From contig DATAOC010000046.1 of NCBI GenBank assembly GCA_036265915.1, forward strand, positions 4,787 through 68,786: DNA of 64,000 bases. The letters are read 5' to 3'. Positions 44,756-51,706 of this stretch are shown piece by piece (the stretch's first letter is position 1; each line of letters begins with the position of its first letter). This stretch comes from Candidatus Methylomirabilota bacterium (GTDB taxonomy: Bacteria; Methylomirabilota; Methylomirabilia; Rokubacteriales; CSP1-6). The notes beneath the pieces were generated by a model, which had not been told where the DNA came from, made no database searches, and saw only the letters and a program-made list of their open reading frames with translations. The translations under genes and the position numbers were made by a program.

Positions 44756-44953
44756 GTGACAGCCGTGGACGGCTTGCCGATCCCGCCGCTCGTCCTCGGA
44801 GCGGTGGTGATCATTGGGCTGGCGCTGGCCTGGGGCCGGCGGTTCTACCAACGCTGTCCGCACTGCGGACGAATCGCGCCGCGGGTTCACGTTGGCTGGA
44901 AGCGCTGCCGCCACTGCGGTCGCCAGTACCGGAAGGGACTACGCCTGCGATGA
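44756..44953 (+). CDS. Small membrane protein with C-terminal zinc-ribbon (CxxC...CxxC)
   Basis: 65 codons from the GTG at 44756, GC3 about 80%. One TM helix (LPIPPLVLGAVVIIGLALAWG) is followed by CPHCG...CRHCG. The stop overlaps the bactofilin start (ATGA). Confidence 0.55.
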   Translation: MTAVDGLPIPPLVLGAVVIIGLALAWGRRFYQRCPHCGRIAPRVHVGWKRCRHCGRQYRKGLRLR

Positions 44954-45360
44954 ACGCGTTGCGACGTCTTCTCGGGCTATCGCCGGAGCGGTCGGACGGC
45001 ACGTCGACCGGGGATGGGGACGGCACACCGACCGTGATCGGAGAAGGAGTGACGTTGAAGGGAGAGATGCAGGGGACCGGGCCGATTCTCGTGCTCGGCC
45101 GATTCGAGGGGGACATTGCCATCGATGGAACCATCACCGTCGGCGAGGGCGGTCAGGTCGACGCGAACATCATCGCGGCCGCCATCGTCATCGACGGTTC
45201 CGTGCGCGGAAACCTGTCGGCCGACACACGCGTCGAGATCGGACCGACGGGCTCGCTCACGGGCAGCGTGAAGAGCGGCGCGCTCAGCGCGAGCACCGGC
45301 GCGGTCGTGAAGAGTGAGATCTGGGTCGATCGCACGGCAAAGCGGGAAGTGGCGCCATGA
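44950..45360 (+). CDS. Bactofilin (polymer-forming cytoskeletal protein, DUF583)
   Basis: ATG at 44950, 136 aa, with beta-helix repeat pattern TVIGEGVTLKGEM...ILVLGRFEGDI...ITVGEGGQVDANI...VIDGSVRGNL...VEIGPTGSLTGSV. Confidence 0.85.
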   Translation: MNALRRLLGLSPERSDGTSTGDGDGTPTVIGEGVTLKGEMQGTGPILVLGRFEGDIAIDGTITVGEGGQVDANIIAAAIVIDGSVRGNLSADTRVEIGPTGSLTGSVKSGALSASTGAVVKSEIWVDRTAKREVAP

Positions 45361-46043
45361 AGCTCGAGTGGCCGGCGCCGCGCACCCTGCTGACGGCGGC
45401 GCTCGGGATCGTCGTAATCGCGGCGCTCGCGCTCGGCGGCTGGTACTGGTGGGATCAGCAGCAGCGGCGCGTGGCGGCCGCGTACGCCGAGGCGATGACC
45501 CGCGCCTATGCCGCGCAGGCGCCGCAGGCACCGCTGGACGCGCGCGTCCGCGCCGCACAGGATCTCGAGAAGGTCATGGCGCAGTATCCGTCGGGCGCCG
45601 CCACCGCGGAGGCCGCCTACGAGCTCGGCAACCTCCGCTGGGCCGCGCAGCAGTATGCGTCGGCACGCGGCGCCTACGAAGTCGCGGTGGCGCGCGGCGG
45701 CAGCCCGACCGTGCGAACGCTCGCGCGCACGTCGATCGGCTACACCTGGGAGGCCGAGCGCAATTTTCCGAAAGCGGTCGACGCCTACGACGCCGTCGCC
45801 CGCGAGCTGCGCCCCAGGGACTTCCTCTACGAGCAATCGTTGATCGACCTCGCACGCGCGCAGGAGCTCGCCGGCCGCACGCCGGATGCCATCGCGACCT
45901 ACCAGCGTGTGCTGAAGGAGCTCCCGGCCGCGCGCCGCGCGGATGAGATCCGCGCGCGACTCGCCACGCTGGGCGCGCCCGTGCCGGCCTCGACGCCGGG
46001 CGGACCGGCGCCCGCGCCGAGCTCGACACCGCCGAAGCGATGA
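45357..46043 (+). CDS. Membrane-anchored TPR-like protein (YfgM/TPR_21-like)
   Basis: ATGA overlap with the bactofilin gene. 228 aa with an N-terminal TM helix (LLTAALGIVVIAALALGGWYWW), helical repeats and a Pro-rich tail. Confidence 0.75.
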   Translation: MKLEWPAPRTLLTAALGIVVIAALALGGWYWWDQQQRRVAAAYAEAMTRAYAAQAPQAPLDARVRAAQDLEKVMAQYPSGAATAEAAYELGNLRWAAQQYASARGAYEVAVARGGSPTVRTLARTSIGYTWEAERNFPKAVDAYDAVARELRPRDFLYEQSLIDLARAQELAGRTPDAIATYQRVLKELPAARRADEIRARLATLGAPVPASTPGGPAPAPSSTPPKR

Positions 46044-46474
46044 CGCCCGACCGTCCGTTCGCGAACCTCACCGGGAGCAACGTGCTCGTGGTCGAGAACG
46101 ATCGCGACTACCTCGAGCTGCTCATGACGCTTCTCACGCATTGCGGCGCACGCGTTGCGAGCGCGCGCACGGTGGCCGAGGCGCGGAACGCAGCATCGAC
46201 CAGCGCTCCCGACGTCATCCTGTGCGACCTGCGCCTGGACGGAGATTTCGCGGTCGACTTCCTGACCTGGCTGCGCAAGCAGCCGCCGCCGCTGCGCGAC
46301 GTGCCGGCCATCGCCATGACGGGGTTCTACGAGGACTTCCCGCGCGCGAAGGCGGCCAACGTCGCCTTCAAGGCATTCTTCCGCAAGCCCGTGAACCTCG
46401 AGCGGCTGTGCGAGACCCTCTCGGCGCTTCGCCGTGGCGAGCCCGTGGGACACGAGATGGACCGGTACGACTAG
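46040..46474 (+). CDS. Single-domain response regulator (receiver only)
   Basis: ATGA overlap with the TPR gene. 144 aa with VLVVEND...VILCDLRL...IAMTG...FRKP receiver motifs. Confidence 0.85.
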   Translation: MTPDRPFANLTGSNVLVVENDRDYLELLMTLLTHCGARVASARTVAEARNAASTSAPDVILCDLRLDGDFAVDFLTWLRKQPPPLRDVPAIAMTGFYEDFPRAKAANVAFKAFFRKPVNLERLCETLSALRRGEPVGHEMDRYD

Positions 46475-46644
46475 TACTAATTAATAAGGATACAAGCGCC
46501 GCGGCGAGCGACGTGGTCGGGAACTATTCGGCGATCTCGATGGCGCCGGTCGCAAACCTTCCAGGCAGTACCCGCTCCACGACACGATTTCAAGGACTTA
46601 CGGCCAGGTCCGACCACGGCATACGCCTTGCTCACCAACGGGCC

Positions 46645-47163
46645 GTGCCGACGGATACGCCGCCTCGCGGATCGATCCTGATCGTCGACGACGAGCCCGC
46701 CGTCGCCGAGATGCTGCGGGACATCTTCGTGTCCCAGGGTTACGCCGTCGACGGCGCGCGGAACGGTGGTGACGCCGTCATGCTGGCGTCGCTGAGCCGG
46801 CCGGACGCCGTGATCCTCGACATCAAGCTACCCGACACGACGGGCGCCGAAGTGCTCACGCGACTGCGCGAGCTGGACGACTCGATCGCCGTCGTCATGC
46901 TGAGCGGAAGCGACGACGAGGACATGGCGCGCTCGCTGCTGAAGGCGGGAGCGATCGACTACATCCGCAAGCCGTTCAAGTTCGATCAGCTCACGCAGGC
47001 CGTCGGCCTCGCGGTCGAAGTCGGCAAGGGCCGCCCGCGCCGCGGCGTGGTCCTGCCGTTCCATCCCGATCGCCGTCGCCGCCACGCGCTGTCGACCGAT
47101 CCCACGCCGGTCCAGCTCGCACCGCTCGCCGAAGTCCAGGCCGCTCAGCACCCACGCGCGTAA
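46645..47163 (+). CDS. Response regulator receiver protein with short basic C-terminal tail
   Basis: Canonical receiver (ILIVDDEP...VILDIKLPD...VVMLSG...IRKPF). The GTG at 46645 is preferred because the in-frame stretch from the ATG at 46540 has low third-position GC. The start is uncertain. Confidence 0.75.
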   Translation: MPTDTPPRGSILIVDDEPAVAEMLRDIFVSQGYAVDGARNGGDAVMLASLSRPDAVILDIKLPDTTGAEVLTRLRELDDSIAVVMLSGSDDEDMARSLLKAGAIDYIRKPFKFDQLTQAVGLAVEVGKGRPRRGVVLPFHPDRRRRHALSTDPTPVQLAPLAEVQAAQHPRA

Positions 47164-47332
47164 CGCCGTTTCGCAGCCGACACCTGCGGAGCCGCTTCCT
47201 TGACTGCCGATAAGGCGCATTATGTAAACTTACGCTTACGGTCGTGCGAGCCGCGTCTCTCTAGGAGTGTCTGCGGTGAGCACGTGCGGCTTCCTCGCGC
47301 GTGCGGCGCGGCCCTGGGCGCCGCCGCACGAC

Positions 47333-48151
47333 CTACCCCGGGATCTGCGCTTCTTCCGGCAGCTGATCCCAGACCGGCTTCCAGGCCGGGACGTCGAGGC
47401 CGAACTTCTCGCAGAGTCCGGCCACTTCGCTCGCGAACGCCGCGCGCACCTCGTCGTTGTCACGGAGCTTGAGCTTGAGGGCTCGATAGCGTTGATTTTT
47501 TGGCGATCCGGGGCGGCCGAAGATGTTCATCGTGCGGATGTACCACTTGGCGAACGTGGTCTGGGCCTCGTCCTTGGTAGCCGGATCCGACGCCAGCTTC
47601 TTGACCCAGTACTCGCCGTGGCGGATATGGAACTTCTCCTCCTTGAAGATGCCCTCGATGGCGCGCACCCAGGGCCCGTAGGAGCAGTGGCGCACGTCCT
47701 CCAGCTGGTGTCCGGCGCCGCGGTCCATGCAGAAGTTGAAGAAGACGAAGTCCTGCCAGGTGTCGATCGGGTAATAGAAGATGTTGACGCGCTTGTCGGC
47801 GGTGATGCGCTGGGTGCCGATGTCGGCGTCCGGCTCGATCCGCATGGTGAAGGTCGCGTCGTGCTGCGCGACGTGGCGATCGACGTCGACGCCGAGATCG
47901 GCGAGCAGGCCGTACATGACCGCGGCGTGACGGAGCTCGTCCTTCACGATCTGCGCGACGACGTGCTTTTCCTCCACGGTGGGCGCCTTGGTGATCCACG
48001 GCACGTAGCCGTAGCCACCGGCGAGCTCGGAGTCGGCCTGCATGGTCATCAGGTGCACGAGGTTGTCGCGGTACTCGGCGGTCATCTCATCGGCGGACTC
48101 CAGCCGGACCCCGCGCTCGATCTTCGCCATCATGTCCCGGTGCTCGGTCAT
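47333..48151 (-). CDS. PaaA-like di-iron protein (phenylacetic acid catabolic protein family, PaaA/PaaC fold)
   Basis: 272 aa. Colinear with 1,2-phenylacetyl-CoA epoxidase subunit A through YRDNLVHLMTMQADSELAG...WITKAPT...VKDELRHA and CSYGPWVRAIEGIFKEEKFHIRHG (E...ExxH ligand pairs). Confidence 0.8.
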   Translation of the reverse strand: MTEHRDMMAKIERGVRLESADEMTAEYRDNLVHLMTMQADSELAGGYGYVPWITKAPTVEEKHVVAQIVKDELRHAAVMYGLLADLGVDVDRHVAQHDATFTMRIEPDADIGTQRITADKRVNIFYYPIDTWQDFVFFNFCMDRGAGHQLEDVRHCSYGPWVRAIEGIFKEEKFHIRHGEYWVKKLASDPATKDEAQTTFAKWYIRTMNIFGRPGSPKNQRYRALKLKLRDNDEVRAAFASEVAGLCEKFGLDVPAWKPVWDQLPEEAQIPG

Positions 48152-48187
48152 GGCAGGTGCCTCCTCGTCTCCAGCATACCCGCAGTC

Positions 48188-49483
48188 TCAGCCTTTCTCG
48201 ACGACCCTGACCGCCTTGCCTTCGGAGCGCGGGACCGTGCGCGGCGCCATCAGCGTGAGCTCGATGGAGAGGCCGATGGCCCTGGACAGACGCTCGCCAA
48301 CCCGCCGGCGCAGCTCCACCAGCGTGGGATGGCTGGCGTCGAAGCCGCCGCACGCCTCGACGACCGCCGCCGCCGGCTCCACCTGCACCTCGAGCCGAGC
48401 AAGCGTGGACGAGCGGTCGACCACGAGCTGGTAGTGCGGCACCAGCTCGTCGACGGCGAGCAGTGTCCCCTCGACCTCCGACGGATAGAGGTTCACGCCC
48501 TTGATGACCAGCATGTCGTCCGAGCGGCCCTTGATGCGCGCCATGCGCGCGGTGGTGCGGCCGCAGCGGCACGGCGCATCGGTCAGCGTCGTGATGTCGC
48601 CGGTGCGGTAGCGAATCATCGGCATCGCGCGCTTCGTCAGCGTCGTGAGCACCAGCTCACCCTCGGCGCCCGCGGGCAGGACGGAGCCCGTGCGCGGGTC
48701 GACGATCTCCGGCAGAAAGTGGTCGTCGGCGATGTGCAGGCCATCGCGCGCCTCGCACTCACCCGCCACGCCCGGCCCGATGATCTCCGAGAGGCCGTAG
48801 ACGTCGTACGCGGGACAGCCGAACGCGCGCTCCAGCGCCCCGCGCATGCCTTCGGTCCACGGCTCCGCGCCGTACATGGCGTAGCGCAGTCCGAGGCGAC
48901 GTCCGTCGCCGCCCTGCGCTTCGAGCGTCTCGGCGATGTGCAGCGCAAAGGAAGGCGTGGCGCAGAGGCCGGCCGGCCGGAAGTCCTGGAGCAGGAGGAT
49001 GTGGCGCGCCGTATTGCCAGACGACGCGGGCACGACGGTCATGCCCAGGCGCTCGGCGCCGTCGTGGAAGCCGAGCCCACCGGTGAAGAGGCCGTAGCCG
49101 AAGGCGACGTGCAGCGTGTCGCCGGCGCGGCAACCGGCGGCGGCCATCGCGCGGGCCATCACTTCCCGCCAGACATCGAGGTCACCGGCGGTGTAGCCAA
49201 CGACGGTCGGCTTGCCCTTCGTGCCGGAGGACGCATGCAGCCGCGCCAGCTCTCCGCGGGGGACGGCGAACAGGCCGAAGGGATAGTGCTCGCGCAAATC
49301 GCTCTTGCGCATGGTCGGCAGGTCGGCGAGGTCGTCCAGCGTGCGCACACGCCTGGATGCGAGTCGCTCGCGGTGAAAGGCGACGCGCTCCACTGCCCAG
49401 GCGACGGCTCCCTGCAGCCGCTCGAGCTGCAGAGCTTCGCGCGCGCCGCGCCCCAGGGTCTCGACCGCCGCGGGCGCCGTCAC
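48188..49483 (-). CDS. paaK: Phenylacetate-CoA ligase
   Basis: 431 aa from the GTG at 49483, with SSGTKGKPT AMP-binding P-loop, YGLSE and IKGVNLYPSEVE. Confidence 0.88.
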   Translation of the reverse strand: MTAPAAVETLGRGAREALQLERLQGAVAWAVERVAFHRERLASRRVRTLDDLADLPTMRKSDLREHYPFGLFAVPRGELARLHASSGTKGKPTVVGYTAGDLDVWREVMARAMAAAGCRAGDTLHVAFGYGLFTGGLGFHDGAERLGMTVVPASSGNTARHILLLQDFRPAGLCATPSFALHIAETLEAQGGDGRRLGLRYAMYGAEPWTEGMRGALERAFGCPAYDVYGLSEIIGPGVAGECEARDGLHIADDHFLPEIVDPRTGSVLPAGAEGELVLTTLTKRAMPMIRYRTGDITTLTDAPCRCGRTTARMARIKGRSDDMLVIKGVNLYPSEVEGTLLAVDELVPHYQLVVDRSSTLARLEVQVEPAAAVVEACGGFDASHPTLVELRRRVGERLSRAIGLSIELTLMAPRTVPRSEGKAVRVVEKG

Positions 49484-49785
49484 GGCCGGCGCGGGGGGCG
49501 CGGGAACTGCTGGTCGACGACGCGCTGATCGCGCAGGCCGACTGCCTCGCGCTGGATGAGCAGCGCCAGCCGGGCGGCGTCGGCCGCCCGCCAGGCGCGC
49601 GCGTACTCGGTCGCCAGCCGCTCGCGCGCCTCGTCGTCGCTCGCCGCGCGCCAGGCGGCACGCACGGCGGTCACCTCGGCCAGCGCCAGCTCCAGCCGCT
49701 CGCCCGCGCGGCCGAGAGCCGCCGCCTTCTCGCGGACGATCTCCTCGTTGATTCGCTCGTGCGCCTCGCTCGTGCGACGGCTCAT
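49480..49785 (-). CDS. Hypothetical helical protein (101 aa)
   Basis: The stop overlaps the paaK GTG (GTGA). High GC3, Ala/Arg/Glu-rich predicted helices, no recognisable domain. Confidence 0.55.
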   Translation of the reverse strand: MSRRTSEAHERINEEIVREKAAALGRAGERLELALAEVTAVRAAWRAASDDEARERLATEYARAWRAADAARLALLIQREAVGLRDQRVVDQQFPRPPRRP

Positions 49786-49792
49786 GGCGCCA

Positions 49793-50041
49793 TCACTCGA
49801 CCGAGACGGACGCCACGAGCCAGTGCTGGCGCTCCAGGAACTTCACGACCGTATCGATGGTGCGCGCCTCGGTGCCGGCGTCGAGGCTGATGAGGTCGGG
49901 ACGGATGTGGCGGACGTCCGGATAGCTGACGAGTACCTTGCGCAGCGTCCGCGCACGCGGATCCGCCGCCAGGAGACCCGGCCCGTCCGGCGCCGCGAAC
50001 TCCTTTCGGCATTGCACGCGGATCGTCCGCGCCTGCGTCAC
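49793..50041 (-). CDS. Hypothetical protein (82 aa)
   Basis: The GTG at 50041 overlaps the glycosyltransferase stop (GTGA). This is the C-terminal part of listed ORF 49793..51088, and the sequence is not low-complexity (TIRVQCRKEF...KVLVSYPDVRHIRPDLISLD...VVKFLERQHWLV). Confidence 0.5.
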   Translation of the reverse strand: MTQARTIRVQCRKEFAAPDGPGLLAADPRARTLRKVLVSYPDVRHIRPDLISLDAGTEARTIDTVVKFLERQHWLVASVSVE

Positions 50042-51192
50042 CTGGGCCGTCCGCGGTCGAGGGCCTCGGCGTAGACGTCCAGCGTGCGATCGATCTGCAG
50101 GCGGACATCGAACTCGCGCTCGGCGATGTCGCGCGCGCGGAGCGCCATGGCGGCGCGGCGCTCGCCGTCGAGGAGCAGGCCGATGGCGGCTTCTGCGAGC
50201 GACGTCGGCTCGCCCTTGGTCAGGAGCCCGCTGACGCCGTCGCGCACCACCTCGTCGCAGCCCGACGCCGCCACCGCGACCGCCGGCAACGCGCATGCGG
50301 CCGCCTCCGCGAGCACGAGCCCCTGGGTCTCGGTCTCCGAGGCGAAGACGAACAGGTCGGCGGCCTGATAGCACACGGGCAACGCCTCGTGCGCGCGCAC
50401 GCCGAGGAAGGTGACGCGATCCGCGGCCGCGAGGCGGCCGGCCAGACGCCGCAGCGCCTCGGCCTCCTTGCCGTGGCCGACCATCAGCAACCGGGCCCGG
50501 GGGACGGTGGATGCGACGCGGTCGAAGGCGAGCAGGACGCGATCGACCGACTTCTCGCGGTCGAGGCGGCCCACGTAGAGCAGCAGCGGATCGGTGGCCG
50601 GCAGCAGCAGCGCCCGCCGCGCCGCCGCCCGATCGCCGGGCCGGAAGCGCGCGAGATCGACGCCGGTCGGCACCACCGTCACCGGCGAGCCGACGCCGCG
50701 CCGCAGCAGCTCGTCGCGCACCACGGCCGACGGCGCGATCACCGCGCTCGCACGCGCCGCGAACCGCGTGCTCAGGCCGGTGGCCGCCGCCTCCACGAGC
50801 GCGCGGGTGAGCGGCACGTAGTGCGCGTACTTCTCGTACCGCGTGTGATACGTGAACACGAGCGGGCGGCCGCTGCGCCGCGCGAGCCGACCGGCGGCGG
50901 GGCCGAGCAGGAACGGATGGTGCGCGTGGAACACGTCGACGTCCAGCGCGCGCACGCGCGCCGTCATGGCCGGTGAAAACGGCACCGCGAGCGGGAACTC
51001 CGGGTACGTGGCGGCCGGAATCGAGGGATATCGAAGCACGTGCGGCGCGCCGTCGGGGGCGCCGGGAAAGCGGGGCGCGATGACCCACGCCTCGTGGCCG
51101 CGACCCTCGAGACCCCGACGGAGCGTCTCCACCGACACGGTGACGCCGCCGCAGAACGGCAGGTAGTTGTTGGTGAACAGCGCGATCCGCAC
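50038..51192 (-). CDS. GT4-family glycosyltransferase (diacylglycerol glycosyltransferase-like)
   Basis: GTG at 51192 (VRIALFTNNYLPFCGGVTVSV), 384 aa, with C-terminal FASETETQGLVLAEAAACALP (EX7E-type motif). Confidence 0.85.
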   Translation of the reverse strand: MRIALFTNNYLPFCGGVTVSVETLRRGLEGRGHEAWVIAPRFPGAPDGAPHVLRYPSIPAATYPEFPLAVPFSPAMTARVRALDVDVFHAHHPFLLGPAAGRLARRSGRPLVFTYHTRYEKYAHYVPLTRALVEAAATGLSTRFAARASAVIAPSAVVRDELLRRGVGSPVTVVPTGVDLARFRPGDRAAARRALLLPATDPLLLYVGRLDREKSVDRVLLAFDRVASTVPRARLLMVGHGKEAEALRRLAGRLAAADRVTFLGVRAHEALPVCYQAADLFVFASETETQGLVLAEAAACALPAVAVAASGCDEVVRDGVSGLLTKGEPTSLAEAAIGLLLDGERRAAMALRARDIAEREFDVRLQIDRTLDVYAEALDRGRPR

Positions 51193-51202
51193 GGGCCGCT
51201 CG

Positions 51203-51706
51203 TCAGGCCTTGTTGTACTTCTCGAAATCCTCCGGCTTGATGTTCTGCAGCCACTCGCGCAGCTGCTCCGGATCGTCGGGCTTGACGGGCTCCGCTTCCT
51301 TGGCGACCTCCATCTTCCCCGCCTTCGGGAAGACTTCCTCCTCGACGTAGATCGGCGCCGCCACACGCAGGGCGAGCGCGATGGCGTCCGACGGCCGCGA
51401 GTCGACCGTGTACTCGGCGTCGCCGAGCTTCAGGTGGAGCACGGCGAAGAACGTGTTCTCCTTGAGGTCGGTGACCACGATCTTCACGACCTGCGCCTCG
51501 AGCGACTCGAGGATGTTCTTGATCAGATCGTGCGTCATCGGCCGCGGGGTGGCGATCTTCTCCAGCTCGAGCGCGATGGCGTTGGCCTCGAAGATGCCGA
51601 CCCAGATGGGCAGCGATCGCTTGTCCTCTTCATCTCTCAAGATGATGATCGGCATGTTGGAGACGGGATCGAGGGCGAGCCCGCGCACCTTCATCTCGAC
51701 GAGCAT
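51203..51706 (-). CDS. Bifunctional nuclease family protein (BFN/DUF151)
   Basis: The ATG at 51706 is preceded by GGAGGAGG. 167 aa with LDPVSNMPIIILRDEEDKRSLPIWVGIFEANAIA...RPMTHDL...SRPSDAIALALR. Confidence 0.85.
   Translation of the reverse strand: MLVEMKVRGLALDPVSNMPIIILRDEEDKRSLPIWVGIFEANAIALELEKIATPRPMTHDLIKNILESLEAQVVKIVVTDLKENTFFAVLHLKLGDAEYTVDSRPSDAIALALRVAAPIYVEEEVFPKAGKMEVAKEAEPVKPDDPEQLREWLQNIKPEDFEKYNKA

Noticed and set aside
44396-44914. Full 172-aa minus-strand ORF.
   Set aside because: Its upstream two-thirds overlap the better-supported plus-strand zinc-ribbon gene and look like random high-GC translation. A strong ribosome-binding site precedes the internal ATG at 44587, so only the 63-aa version is kept.
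46540-46644. ATG at 46540 as the start of the second response regulator.
   Set aside because: The 35 codons between 46540 and 46645 have many A/T-ending codons, unlike the rest of the genome. They also precede the canonical receiver N-terminus by an implausibly long, non-conserved-looking leader. The GTG at 46645 is preferred, but this remains uncertain.
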